This document shows positions 54,447-64,000 of a stretch of 64,000 nucleotides of DNA, piece after piece. A program made the position numbers and the translations under genes. Numbering within the stretch: the stretch's first letter is position 1; each line of letters begins with the position of its first letter. The notes below the pieces were generated by a model, which saw only the letters and a list, made by a program, of their open reading frames with translations, made no database searches and was not told the DNA's origin. The DNA lies in the NCBI RefSeq assembly GCF_058153355.1, contig NZ_CM177019.1, one strand, 5' to 3'.

Positions 54447-54532
54447 AAATTACACACGGGCAGATAAGCGAAAAATGCCATAATATCCGCACTGTTGCTC
54501 AATCAGAAAGGCTTTATATTTAAGGAGTGCCT

Positions 54533-55153
54533 GTGTTAGACCGCCATCTTCATCCCCGAATTAAACCTTTGTTGCATCAGTGTGTGAAGGTGCTGGATAA
54601 ACCCGGCATTACGCCAGATGGTTTAACATTAGTGGGATTTGCCATCGGCGTGCTGGCACTGCCGTTTCTGGCGCTGGGCTGGTATCTGGCGGCGCTAATC
54701 GTCATTTTGTTGAACAGGCTGCTGGATGGTCTGGACGGCGCGTTGGCGCGGCGAAGAGGACTTACCGACGCGGGTGGCTTTCTCGATATTTCTCTCGATT
54801 TTCTTTTTTACGCACTGGTGCCTTTTGGGTTTATCCTCGCCGCACCGGAGCAAAACGCGCTGGCAGGCGGCTGGCTGCTGTTTGCGTTTATCGGCACGGG
54901 CAGCAGTTTTCTCGCTTTTGCTGCGCTGGCGGCGAAACATCAGATTGATAATCCCGGTTATGCGCATAAATCGTTTTATTATCTGGGCGGGTTAACCGAA
55001 GGCAGCGAGACGATTTTGCTGTTTGTTCTGAGTTGCCTCTTGCCAGCTTATTTTCCGTGGTTTGCGTGGGTATTTGGTGCGTTGTGCTGGATGACGACCT
55101 TTACGCGGGTGTGGAGTGGGTATCTGACGCTGAAGTCGCTCCAGCGCCAGTAA
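54533..55153 (+). CDS. ynjF: CDP-alcohol phosphatidyltransferase-family membrane protein
   Basis: ORF 54527-55153; start placed at second GTG 54533 (5 nt after SD AAGGAG) giving 206 aa; D-G-x2-A-R...G-x3-D motif region (LDGLDGALARRRGLTDAGGFLD). Confidence 0.85.
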   Translation: MLDRHLHPRIKPLLHQCVKVLDKPGITPDGLTLVGFAIGVLALPFLALGWYLAALIVILLNRLLDGLDGALARRRGLTDAGGFLDISLDFLFYALVPFGFILAAPEQNALAGGWLLFAFIGTGSSFLAFAALAAKHQIDNPGYAHKSFYYLGGLTEGSETILLFVLSCLLPAYFPWFAWVFGALCWMTTFTRVWSGYLTLKSLQRQ

Positions 55154-55161
55154 TTGCAATG

Positions 55162-56469
55162 TTATTTGCTGCTGTCCGGGCCGCGCTCACCGGTTGCTAC
55201 GGGATTTTTCGGATCGCTGCTCCATTCGTACCAGCCGCCGTCGTAAACGGAGACGTTATTCCAGCCCATTGCTCGTGCGTACATAAAGGTTTCGGACGCG
55301 CGCCAGCCGGTGCCGCAGTAGAATGAAACTTGCTGATCTGGTTTGATATTCCATGCTTTCCACATAGCGGCAATATCATCGGCGCTACGCATGGTGCCAT
55401 CCGGGTTATGGAAATCCTCCATATGCGTCGAGTCGCTACCAGCGTGTCCCCAACGGGCTCCGGCTATTTCACCTTTTGGCTTAATATAGCTGTAACCACT
55501 GGTCGTACCGATAAATTCTGGCCACGAACGAATGCTCACCAGCGATGCATCCTGGCGATGCAGCAGCCCACGGGCCTGTTCCATATCAAGCATCAACTGC
55601 GGTTGCGCCGGGATCTTCACGCCGAAATCCGGTTCAGCTTTCACTTTCGGTGGCGTTCCGCGCTCAACAGGCAGTCCCGCGTCGGACCAGGTTTGCCAGC
55701 CGCCGTCCAGCAGGCGCACATCTTTCACCCCTGCATAGAGCATAATCTGTGCTACACGCGCTGCTGCGTATACATCACGACCATATAGAATCACCGTGGT
55801 GTCATGACGAATGCCATGCTTTGCCAGCATCGCTTTCAGTTGTTCATCAGAGACTTTATTCCACAGCGGTTCGCTTTCCACTTCATTGGTATCGATGTAA
55901 TCCGCGCCGGGAATATGGCTGATAAGGTAAAGCTTAGGAGCGCCCCAGGCCGCTTCAATGACTTTCCAGTCACCGGCAGGTTTCGCCGTAACCTCTTTAC
56001 CCTGTTGCAGGTCATGCAGCCATTGCGGATAAACCAGCTGCTCAAAGTGCGGCAGTTTTTGCAGACGGGAAGGTTCGCTTAGCGCGTCACTCAGGATGGA
56101 GATATGCGTAAAACCTGCTTTTTGCAGTCGCGTTTTGACGGCGTCGACATCTTTGTCATTACCGTACAGCGCCACCGGAGCGTCGGTTTTCAGGTTATGT
56201 TGCTTGATCCACGCGTTGAGCTGTTCGGTGCTCATTTTGTCGAGCCAGCTAGCAGAGAGGTTTAAGGCGGCAGGTTCATGACCAGAAGGGCCATTTAAGG
56301 TTTGTGGCCAGCCGTTATAAAACGCGCTGGGGCGAGTATCTATCGCTTTGCCATTTTGTTGTTGAAGCTGGTCAAGTGTAAGAGGCTTCGCCAGTTCAGC
56401 GGCCCACGAAGAAGCGCAAGCCAGCCCTAAAGCCATTGCCAGCGCGGTCATTTGAGAAACACGTTTCAT
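55162..56469 (-). CDS. ynjE: periplasmic sulfurtransferase with tandem rhodanese domains
   Basis: ORF 55162-56484; start at ATG 56467-56469 (MKRVSQMTALAMALGLACASSWA...) giving 435 aa with signal peptide; active-site Cys loop (CGTGWRAS). Confidence 0.88.
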   Translation of the reverse strand: MKRVSQMTALAMALGLACASSWAAELAKPLTLDQLQQQNGKAIDTRPSAFYNGWPQTLNGPSGHEPAALNLSASWLDKMSTEQLNAWIKQHNLKTDAPVALYGNDKDVDAVKTRLQKAGFTHISILSDALSEPSRLQKLPHFEQLVYPQWLHDLQQGKEVTAKPAGDWKVIEAAWGAPKLYLISHIPGADYIDTNEVESEPLWNKVSDEQLKAMLAKHGIRHDTTVILYGRDVYAAARVAQIMLYAGVKDVRLLDGGWQTWSDAGLPVERGTPPKVKAEPDFGVKIPAQPQLMLDMEQARGLLHRQDASLVSIRSWPEFIGTTSGYSYIKPKGEIAGARWGHAGSDSTHMEDFHNPDGTMRSADDIAAMWKAWNIKPDQQVSFYCGTGWRASETFMYARAMGWNNVSVYDGGWYEWSSDPKNPVATGERGPDSSK

Positions 56470-56535
56470 CGAAAATCCCGACATTGTAGTTTTGAGTGCG
56501 CCATTCTGAACTGACGCATTGGGAAAAACTTTGCG

Positions 56536-57189
56536 TTATCGCAGTTTGTTGTAATTTTCTGACCACTGCGCCATATCCAGAACAGAACTATCAGCAGGAA
56601 CATCCTGGAGATCGTGCGTTACCTGAACGACGGGGATCGCCAGTTCGCGAACTTCGCTGAACACCCACTGGCGAAAATTATCGCGCAGAGCTACATCAAG
56701 ACGGCTGAACGGCTCATCCAGGAGTAACGCTTTTGGCTGGGCGAGAAGGGCGCGTAGCAGAGCAACGCGCGCTCGCTGACCACCAGACAAAGTGGCAGGA
56801 TCCTGATGGAAAGCTCCGTCAAGGCCTGAACGCTCAAGTGCATCATTCACGGCATTACGTCGGGCATTCCCCTTAAGTGTCTCCGGTAGCGCCAGCAATA
56901 AATTTTGCCCGACGCTGAACTGGTCAAATAACAGCGCATCCTGGAAAAGAATGCCAATCTGACGCTGTGCGGTGGGTAGCATGTCAATCCGTTGCTCATT
57001 GAGCCATAGCTCACCTGTACAAGAAAACTGTCCTGCCAGCGCACCAATCATCCATGAAAACAGAGAAGATTTACCACAGCCTGAGGGACCCATTAACGTG
57101 ACAATGTCACCTTTATTGACCGTAAAGTTAACGTTTGTCAGCAAAGGCCTTTCAGGCAAACGTAGCGAAACATCTTTCACGCAGAGCAT
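56536..57189 (-). CDS. ynjD: ABC transporter ATP-binding protein
   Basis: ORF 56536-57276; start at ATG 57187-57189 (MLCVKDVSLRLPERPLLTNVNFTVNKGDIVTLMGPSGCGKSSLF...) giving 217 aa; Walker A, signature LSGGQRARVAL, Walker B LLLDEPFS; 1-nt overlap with ynjC stop. Confidence 0.9.
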   Translation of the reverse strand: MLCVKDVSLRLPERPLLTNVNFTVNKGDIVTLMGPSGCGKSSLFSWMIGALAGQFSCTGELWLNEQRIDMLPTAQRQIGILFQDALLFDQFSVGQNLLLALPETLKGNARRNAVNDALERSGLDGAFHQDPATLSGGQRARVALLRALLAQPKALLLDEPFSRLDVALRDNFRQWVFSEVRELAIPVVQVTHDLQDVPADSSVLDMAQWSENYNKLR

Positions 57190-58724
57190 TAGCGGAGTCC
57201 TTGTCTGACATAACCTACCCATTTTGCAAGCAGGGCGGTCAGGGCAAAAATAATAAGCGGTAATAGCAGTTGCCAAAGGGCCTGGGCAGCGAGAATACCG
57301 TTACTGCCGCCGCTGCTTAATGCCACCGCTTCAGTGGTGAGCGTCGGAAAACGCCCCGCGCCCAGCCACAGCGTCGGCATATACTGCGCAATACTGACTG
57401 AAAATCCCACCGCGAAGGTAATCAGCGCAGGGCGCAACATGAGTGGGCATTTCACGTAAAAGAAGATTTTAGCCCGCGACCAGCCCAGTGTTTGCGCAAT
57501 CAAAATTAACCGTGAATCAATGCGCTGCCAGGCGGGTTGCAGGATAAACAGCATCCACGGCATTACCCACAGCAGATGCCCCCAGACCACCGCTGTCCAG
57601 CTCCCATCTATGTTCAGCCATAGCGCCAGCATGTACTGGCCCGCCACCAGCGGCAGAGCGGGTAACAATATGGGCAACCATAGCCAGAATTGCCTCCGTA
57701 GTGATCCCCATTCCAGCCAGGCCAGTAACAGGATTAAAGCGAGAAACGTCGCGGTAAGTCCCATCGTCAGGCTGTTGATGAGCGCTTCACTATTGATCGT
57801 CGACTGATCCGCGAGGATCGCCAGCAGAGCCACACAGAGCACACCGGTTAAGGGTAAAAAAATCGCCAGTGTATTACCGGGTAATAAAGGCGTGGCGTGC
57901 TTACGAACGCCATCTTCCTGGGGGATCGTGCGTCGCCAGGCGCGCCATAACAGATAACCCAGCAAAACGTAGGCGGCGAGTAACAGCATCAGCAGCAGGC
58001 TGGCAAGCGCGCCTTTTGTCTGTTGGTCAATGCCACCCTGGGTTAGCCACTGCCAGCTAATTACCGCCAGCGTCGGTGGATTACCCGGCCCGAGAATAAT
58101 TGCCACATCCACGACCGACAACGACCATGCCACAATAGCCAGCATCGCCATTGCCAGTGCAGGCGCGACGGAGGGCAACAACAACCAGTTCAGACATTGC
58201 CAGCGGCTGTAGCCCAGCGAATCCAGTACAATAACCTGCTGCAACAGCCGTTTCTCGCTCAATACTGCCGCTAAGATCCACAGCAGAAATGCGCTTTCTT
58301 TCACCGCCAGGGTAAGGCCCAGCCCAATACCCAATTTATCCATCGGCGGAGTGAGAAAAGGAAAAAACTGATAAACCAGGCCACCTTCAGCAAACAGCAA
58401 CAGGGCGCTGGTGGCAAAAGCCACATGGGGAATGGCGAGCAGCCACGGCAGACGGGCGCACATACGCTGCCATTTCGGCCCAGGCCACAGCGCCATAATT
58501 ACCAGCAGGGCAATCGTCAATGCGCCGAGCGCCGCGATGGTTGTTGACACCAGCGTCGCCAGTAATGCCTGCGGTAGCTGCGGATCGGCAAATAACGCCT
58601 GCCAGTGTGCCAACGACAAAGCAGGCGATATCAGCGTGAACGCCGCCGGAATCAGCGGTGCGTAAATCACCGCCATCAGTGACCACAGCAGAAAGATTAA
58701 TGCGTACCGTAACGGCGTAGCCAT
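57189..58724 (-). CDS. ynjC: ABC transporter permease (fused two-domain)
   Basis: 511-aa multi-TM ORF; overlaps upstream ynjB by 28 bp and ends 1 nt into the ynjD start. Confidence 0.88.
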   Translation of the reverse strand: MATPLRYALIFLLWSLMAVIYAPLIPAAFTLISPALSLAHWQALFADPQLPQALLATLVSTTIAALGALTIALLVIMALWPGPKWQRMCARLPWLLAIPHVAFATSALLLFAEGGLVYQFFPFLTPPMDKLGIGLGLTLAVKESAFLLWILAAVLSEKRLLQQVIVLDSLGYSRWQCLNWLLLPSVAPALAMAMLAIVAWSLSVVDVAIILGPGNPPTLAVISWQWLTQGGIDQQTKGALASLLLMLLLAAYVLLGYLLWRAWRRTIPQEDGVRKHATPLLPGNTLAIFLPLTGVLCVALLAILADQSTINSEALINSLTMGLTATFLALILLLAWLEWGSLRRQFWLWLPILLPALPLVAGQYMLALWLNIDGSWTAVVWGHLLWVMPWMLFILQPAWQRIDSRLILIAQTLGWSRAKIFFYVKCPLMLRPALITFAVGFSVSIAQYMPTLWLGAGRFPTLTTEAVALSSGGSNGILAAQALWQLLLPLIIFALTALLAKWVGYVRQGLR

Positions 58725-59863
58725 TCTTGTTCCAGCGCATTTACCCAGCCAGCATGCGGTTCCGCCAGTACCGGCGGCAGATCCTGCGGCATTCTTGATT
58801 GTAAAGTTTCACGCTGCCCGGCAGGCAGTTTTTGTGGATCGAGAACCGATGGATCACCCCAGACAGCAGGATCTGCCTTACGTAGCTGTGCATCAGGTGA
58901 GAGCAGGAAATTGGCAACCACCTTCGCCGCAGCACTGGCATTCGCGTTGGCAGGAACGGTGACGAAATGCACGTTGCCAATCATCCCCTCGCGAAAGCCA
59001 AAACTGTAACTGCTTGCTGGCAATTCGCCACTGGCGATTTTTTGCTGGGCATGTGCAGGATTAAAGGTCAGCGACAGGCGCAATGTGCCAGTTTTCAGCA
59101 GAGCATCCATCCGCGCGGGCGAAGGTGGGAAATCCTTTCCTTCGCGCCATAGATACGGATGCAGCGCATCAAGATATTGCCACAAGGGCGCAGTGATACG
59201 GGCGAAAGTCGCATCGTTCGGCGCTTTCTTTAATGCTGCGGGATCTGGCGTCAGCATAATCAGTAACTGTTCAAGAAATGCGGTGCCAGTAAAGTCTGGC
59301 GGGCGCGGATAGGTAACCGTGCCAGGATTGGCTTTAGCGAATTCCAGTAAGGCTTGCGGTGTTTGTGGTGGCAGTGGCGTAACATCGCGGCGGGCGATAA
59401 ACGTCAGTTGTGCGCCGCCCCACGGCGATTCTGCGCCTTCGACAGGTACAGAAAAATCTTCCCGTACCGGCAGTTGTGTATCGACATAACGCCAGTTTGG
59501 CAGAGTCTCAGCCCAGCCGGTTTGCAGTAAATTGGCCTCTTTTAAGGTGCGGAAGTTTTCGCCGTTCACCCAGAGCAGATCCACCGAACCGCCTGTCTCG
59601 CGCCCGGCTGCGGCTTCGGTCTGAATGCGCTTCACCGCGTCTGCGGCATCCGCCAGGCGGACAATCTTCAGGTTTATATCATAATGGGTTTTCATCTCGC
59701 CGCTAACCCAGTCGAGATAGCGGTTAATTGCGGTATCGCCGCCCCAGGCGTTAAACCAGACGGTTTGCCCTTTGGCCTCATTTTTAACTTCCTGCCAGTC
59801 ACTGGCATGTGTTGCCAGAGAAAACAGCGATAACAATCCCAGCAACCACCCACAATGGCGCAT
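58697..59863 (-). CDS. ynjB: ABC transporter periplasmic substrate-binding protein
   Basis: ORF 58697-59866; signal peptide MRHCGWLLGLLSLFSLATHA; start at either of two adjacent ATGs (59863 or 59866). Confidence 0.88.
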   Translation of the reverse strand: MRHCGWLLGLLSLFSLATHASDWQEVKNEAKGQTVWFNAWGGDTAINRYLDWVSGEMKTHYDINLKIVRLADAADAVKRIQTEAAAGRETGGSVDLLWVNGENFRTLKEANLLQTGWAETLPNWRYVDTQLPVREDFSVPVEGAESPWGGAQLTFIARRDVTPLPPQTPQALLEFAKANPGTVTYPRPPDFTGTAFLEQLLIMLTPDPAALKKAPNDATFARITAPLWQYLDALHPYLWREGKDFPPSPARMDALLKTGTLRLSLTFNPAHAQQKIASGELPASSYSFGFREGMIGNVHFVTVPANANASAAAKVVANFLLSPDAQLRKADPAVWGDPSVLDPQKLPAGQRETLQSRMPQDLPPVLAEPHAGWVNALEQEWLRRYGTH

Positions 59864-59872
59864 CATCTCTCC

Positions 59873-60421
59873 TTAAGAACGTTTTTCAGGAATACGGCAC
59901 AGCCCCTGAGCGGGAATGTCCATGGCAGAATTAAAACGGGCTGACAGGTTTTGCAGGCCGATCAATGCCGTCAGTTCGGTGAGCGCCTGGGCGTCAAAAT
60001 GCGCAGCCAGTCGGGTACGCAGGGCATCATCGACCGTTGGCGGCGTTACGCTTGCGGCTTCGGCGTACTCCAGCGCCAGCCGTTCTTCATCGCTAAAGAG
60101 CGGGCTTTGCCGCCAGTCAGCCACTGCCAGCAGTTTATCGGTGCTGCCAGTGCGCTCGGCGACTTTCATACTGGTGATATCCACGCAAAATTCACACAGG
60201 CACATTTGCGCAATGCGTGCGCTGACAAGCGATCGCACTACCGGATCGAGCGGTGAGCGTTTACGCTCCAGCCAACCGACAAACATCGACACCAGATAAA
60301 AGATAAACGGGATCCGTCCCCACCAGCGAATTGGACTTAGCACCTCGCCGTAATGGCGACGATGCAGCCACGCCTGCGGACGTAAACTTAAAGGAATTTT
60401 GCTAAGCGGTGGTAAACCCAT
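59873..60421 (-). CDS. ynjA: carboxymuconolactone decarboxylase-family (AhpD-like) protein
   Basis: 182-aa ORF; AhpD-like Cys pair (QMCLCEFCVDI); start overlaps the ydjZ stop. Confidence 0.88.
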   Translation of the reverse strand: MGLPPLSKIPLSLRPQAWLHRRHYGEVLSPIRWWGRIPFIFYLVSMFVGWLERKRSPLDPVVRSLVSARIAQMCLCEFCVDITSMKVAERTGSTDKLLAVADWRQSPLFSDEERLALEYAEAASVTPPTVDDALRTRLAAHFDAQALTELTALIGLQNLSARFNSAMDIPAQGLCRIPEKRS

Positions 60422-61128
60422 CAGGCATTCCTCTTCTGGCGTTCAAGCCATATTTTTTTCGCCATAAAAATCACCACGGTCAGGGCAAACAGAATAAACA
60501 GTCCGGTGACAAACCAGAAGGTACCGCCCGTTAACATACTGCCCGCCCAGGAATAAACAATAGTCGCCGGTAATTGACCAAGCCCGGTGGCGATAAAAAA
60601 CGAGCGAAAACGTATTGACGTCAAACCGGCAGCATAGCTGATTGGATCGAAAGGGACAAAAGGCAATAACCGGCATACCAGGATAGTGTGTTTGCCGTAG
60701 CGAGTGAAAAAGCCGTCCATACTGTCAAGCACGGTTTTACCGGTTAATTTTTCCACCACTTCGCGGCCCATCACTCTGGCGATAAAAAAGCATAGCGCCG
60801 CGCCTGCCATAGAACTGGTCCACGACAGCAAGCCCCCCCAGAACGCGCCAAACAACGACGCATTAGCAAAGGTAATTAAAAACGCAGGCAGCGGTGCAGC
60901 AATGGCCTGTAAAATCATCAAAATGAACGAGACAACGGCTGCCAGTGCGCCGTAAGACTGAATAAAGCGCTCTATACCCTGTTGGTCCACGGCGGCAAAC
61001 GCCGCAACGCTGCGATTGATAAACTGATGGACGCCGGGAAGCAGTGCCCATGCCAGCAGCATAGCGAACAACAGGATGATGAGGGTTATACGGTAGTACC
61101 AGATTTTACGCGATTGCATCTTCATCAT
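60421..61128 (-). CDS. ydjZ: TVP38/TMEM64 (DedA-related) inner membrane protein
   Basis: 235-aa multi-TM ORF MMKMQSRKIWYYRITLIILLFAMLLAWALLPG... Confidence 0.88.
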   Translation of the reverse strand: MMKMQSRKIWYYRITLIILLFAMLLAWALLPGVHQFINRSVAAFAAVDQQGIERFIQSYGALAAVVSFILMILQAIAAPLPAFLITFANASLFGAFWGGLLSWTSSMAGAALCFFIARVMGREVVEKLTGKTVLDSMDGFFTRYGKHTILVCRLLPFVPFDPISYAAGLTSIRFRSFFIATGLGQLPATIVYSWAGSMLTGGTFWFVTGLFILFALTVVIFMAKKIWLERQKRNA

Positions 61129-61142
61129 CCTTTATCGTGGCT

Positions 61143-61820
61143 TTATTCGGTGATTTTAAAGGTAACCGTAGCCAGCGTGTTATCTGCCGGGAGAACCGAG
61201 GCATTGCCTTTGAATTGCACTTCACCACGTTTTTCCACCGCACCATAAGTGTATGTTGCATTGCTGACGATGCCGACCGGGCAGCTATCCAGACATACCA
61301 GGCAGCCCGTTTTCTTCTCTTCTGCGGCGGCTAAATTACCGCCAAAGCGCATGTCCAGTTTTTTACCGTTATTGTCGACAATCACCTCATCGAATGAATA
61401 CGCTTTTGCTGCCCCTTGCCAGTTGACCGAAATATCCAGTTTGCTGCCCGCTACATGAGTCGTTTCTTTATTATCCATCGTCATGTTTTCGCCCGGGATA
61501 CCACCGGCTTGTTTCAGTGCTTCATAAAATGCTTTCGGGGTCGCATAACCCATAAACAGCGATTTATGTCCGTTGGAGCCATCTTTAAACACTATGCCGT
61601 GTCGAGTGTCGTCTGTCAGGAAACGGCCATTAATTTGTACCAGCATGGTGACCGTATGGTTATTGGTATCGACACGCAGTGGTTGGCTGTCTGAAAGACC
61701 GTCGTATTCCACTTTTGCTGCCGCATTCTCTTTTTGATCGCAGCCACTAAGCCCCGCAACGGCCAGTAAACACAGTGCAGCCAGTCCTTTTTTCCATGAC
61801 GCTGAATAATGTTGCAACAT
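61143..61820 (-). CDS. ydjY: exported lipoprotein-like protein with C-terminal CxxCxxxC motif
   Basis: ORF 61143-61982; start at ATG 61818-61820 (MLQHYSASWKKGLAALCLLAVAGLSGCDQ...) giving 225 aa; lipobox LSGC; C-terminal CLVCLDSCP. Confidence 0.85.
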   Translation of the reverse strand: MLQHYSASWKKGLAALCLLAVAGLSGCDQKENAAAKVEYDGLSDSQPLRVDTNNHTVTMLVQINGRFLTDDTRHGIVFKDGSNGHKSLFMGYATPKAFYEALKQAGGIPGENMTMDNKETTHVAGSKLDISVNWQGAAKAYSFDEVIVDNNGKKLDMRFGGNLAAAEEKKTGCLVCLDSCPVGIVSNATYTYGAVEKRGEVQFKGNASVLPADNTLATVTFKITE

Positions 61821-61824
61821 CGTT

Positions 61825-62535
61825 CTATCCTTCTTTTTTTGGGTGAGTAAGTGGGCTGCGGCGCGAAGCAGACAGATCCACGTGTTTGTGTCGGGCGTAG
61901 AGTTTGGCAAGCTGGACGAGAATAAACAGTGCAAGGCCCGCCAGACAGAGTTGTAAAATAAAGCGCAGCGTAATGCCTTCACTGGCGAGATCGCTGGCCA
62001 TCACGGTATAAATAACGATACCGGGCAGGGTAGTGAGTGCCGAAATAAAGGTATAAGGCCAGAAGGCGATAGTGGTTAATCCGTAGGCGTAATTTTGAAT
62101 ATTGTAAGGAAACAGCGGGATTAAGCGGGTAAGAATTAAAAAATCGATACCGTTATGTGCAATGCCTTTTTCAATGGCCTGGAAGGTATGGCTGTGACCA
62201 ACGTATTTCAGCAATAAATCGCGCCCCAAAAAGCGTGCCAACAGGAATGAACTCGAGGAGGCCAGCGTAGCGGCAATTAATGAGAGTAGTGTCCCTAAGA
62301 TCGGGCCAAAAACTATGCCTCCAGTGATCACCAGTATGCTTCCTGGTAACAGAAAGAGGGTGGCAATGATGAATAACACAATATAAAGGCAATAACCGAA
62401 CAATCCGCTCTGGCGAATGAGAGTTTGTAAGTGGGGTAAATCGGTGAGCAGATCGAATAAACCGCAAGCGTGGATAGCGTAAATGACCAGCGCAAAAATA
62501 AAACAGGCAAAAAGAAATTTACGCTCAGCGTTCAT
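61825..62535 (-). CDS. ydjX: TVP38/TMEM64 (DedA-related) inner membrane protein
   Basis: ORF 61825-62583; start at ATG 62533-62535 (MNAERKFLFACFIFALVIYAIHA...) giving 236 aa; paralog of ydjZ. Confidence 0.88.
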   Translation of the reverse strand: MNAERKFLFACFIFALVIYAIHACGLFDLLTDLPHLQTLIRQSGLFGYCLYIVLFIIATLFLLPGSILVITGGIVFGPILGTLLSLIAATLASSSSFLLARFLGRDLLLKYVGHSHTFQAIEKGIAHNGIDFLILTRLIPLFPYNIQNYAYGLTTIAFWPYTFISALTTLPGIVIYTVMASDLASEGITLRFILQLCLAGLALFILVQLAKLYARHKHVDLSASRRSPLTHPKKEG

Positions 62536-62701
62536 TGTGGAGTTTCCTATATCAAACTTGATAATAGAGAAGTGGTCAGACAACTAAAAACGCTGTGACG
62601 GTATAACAAAGGACGACAAGCAACAAATCATTACTGACAGTTTGTTGATTTTTCTCAAGGTTAATTCTCCTGACTCCGTTTGAGCCAGGAGAGCAGCTAA
62701 A

Positions 62702-63508
62702 TTAGCGGCGGAAGGTCGCCCACACAGGCGCGTGATCGGACGGTTTTTCCATGCTGCGGATTTCATAGTCGATGCCGGTTTCTACGCAACAGTCTGCCAG
62801 CGGTTGGCTGGCGAGCAGCAGGTCGATACGCAGACCACGGTTATCGTCAAAACCTTTTGAGCGGTAATCAAACCATGAGAAACGATCTGCTGTTTCCGGA
62901 TTCGCATGGCGGAAGGTATCCACCAGCCCCCAACTTATCAGCCTGTCCATCCATTCACGTTCTTCAGGCAGGAAAGAACATTTACCAGTACGCAGCCAGC
63001 GTTTGCGGTTCTCTTCGCCAATGCCGATATCCAGGTCGGTGGGGCTGATATTCATATCGCCCATAATCAGCACCGGATTTTCGCGCTTAAGTTCGGTTTC
63101 GAGATAGTTTTGCAGGTTCTGATAAAACTGCGCTTTCGCCGGGAATTTAATCGGATGGTCGCGACTTTCGCCCTGTGGGAAGTAACCGTTGATCACGGTG
63201 ACATTACCCAGCGGCGAGGGGATTTCCGCCATAATAATTCGCCGTTGTGCCTCTTCGCCGTCGTCAGGGAAGCCGCGACGCACAGCAATCGGCGTCTCTT
63301 TGGTCAACAATGCCACGCCGTAATGGCCTTTCTGCCCGTGATAAAACACGTTGTAGCCGAGCTTTGCCACCTCTTCGAGCGGAAACATATCGTCATGAAC
63401 TTTTGTCTCCTGCAGGCCAATCACATCTGGTTGGTGCTTTTCGACGATGGCTTCAAGCTGGTGAGGTCTGGCGCGCAGGCCGTTGATATTAAAAGAGACA
63501 AATTTCAT
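62702..63508 (-). CDS. xthA: exodeoxyribonuclease III (AP endonuclease)
   Basis: ORF 62702-63691; start at ATG 63506-63508 ([47 protein letters not shown]...) giving 268 aa, matching E. coli XthA. Confidence 0.96.
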   Translation of the reverse strand: MKFVSFNINGLRARPHQLEAIVEKHQPDVIGLQETKVHDDMFPLEEVAKLGYNVFYHGQKGHYGVALLTKETPIAVRRGFPDDGEEAQRRIIMAEIPSPLGNVTVINGYFPQGESRDHPIKFPAKAQFYQNLQNYLETELKRENPVLIMGDMNISPTDLDIGIGEENRKRWLRTGKCSFLPEEREWMDRLISWGLVDTFRHANPETADRFSWFDYRSKGFDDNRGLRIDLLLASQPLADCCVETGIDYEIRSMEKPSDHAPVWATFRR

Positions 63509-63865
63509 AGTCGCTGCCATTAATTCAGATAAAGAATGCGTGGATGGTAGCAGAATTTCGCTTTGCTTACCGCCTGTTGTTAAGTGATTTGATCGATGGT
63601 TGTTAATGATGTCAACGATGGCGCAAAAAATGCCCGCTTTTGGTGCGCGCTGCGTCAGAATGGCGCAGTAATTTCCAGTAAATTTCGTCAATGATCACAA
63701 TTCCAGAATTATATTTTACTTCTGCATAACATTGCGTTTTTTATTCTTTTTATTCACCTACATCGCAAACGTATTCACTTTATATGCACTTTAAATGCAT
63801 ATGGTTTGGTTATAACTCCTTGATTTCCAGTTAGCCACCGCGGTTTATGCACTTTTATCACTGGC

Positions 63866-63882
63866 TGGCACGAACCCTGCAA
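63866..63882 (+). promoter_or_regulatory. sigma-54 (-24/-12) promoter of astC
   Basis: TGGCACGAACCCTGCAA fits TGGCAC-N5-TTGCA (one mismatch in the -12 element), about 70 bp upstream of the astC ATG; the ast operon is known to have a sigma-54 promoter. Confidence 0.55.
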
Positions 63883-63953
63883 TCTACATTTACAGCGCAA
63901 ACATTACTTATTATTAACATATAAATAACTAATTATTTACTGTAGAGGTCGCT

Positions 63954-64000
63954 ATGTCTCAGCCAATTACGCGTGAAAACTTTGATGAATGGATGATACC
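63954..64000 (+). CDS. astC: succinylornithine transaminase, N-terminal 15 codons (gene runs off the window end)
   Basis: ATG at 63954 after SD GAGGTC; MSQPITRENFDEWMIP matches the AstC N-terminus; position next to xthA as in K-12. Confidence 0.8.
   Translation, partial: MSQPITRENFDEWMI

Overview
This window reads as a core chromosomal segment of Escherichia coli (or a very close relative), syntenic with the K-12 MG1655 interval manX to astC (b1817 down to b1748) but in reverse-complement orientation. Gene identities were assigned by translating the supplied ORFs and recognising the proteins (GapA, FadD, SdaA, PabB, TopB, GdhA, XthA, SelD, AnsA, SppA and others); no database search was run, and all comparisons to K-12 are from memory. 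About 70 protein-coding genes are supported, plus three known small membrane-protein genes below the 60-aa ORF cut-off (yoaI, yoaJ, yoaK) and yoaH (59 aa). I saw no rRNA, tRNA, CRISPR array, prophage or IS element. I do not see a convincing novel multi-gene system. The features that depart from the K-12 layout are: (1) a full-length group II intron with an intact RT/maturase/HNH ORF between topB and gdhA, abutting a REP element, where K-12 carries ynjI; (2) a SIMPL-domain (DUF541) gene between sppA and ansA; (3) a pentapeptide-repeat gene 6 bp downstream of yoaH; (4) an in-frame amber codon in yeaL; (5) absence of the ydjE-ydjL block between pncA and yeaC. Recognisable regulatory sites include a LexA box at yoaA, a FadR operator at fadD, an NsrR-type palindrome at yeaR-yoaG, a Pho box at yoaI and a sigma-54 promoter at astC.
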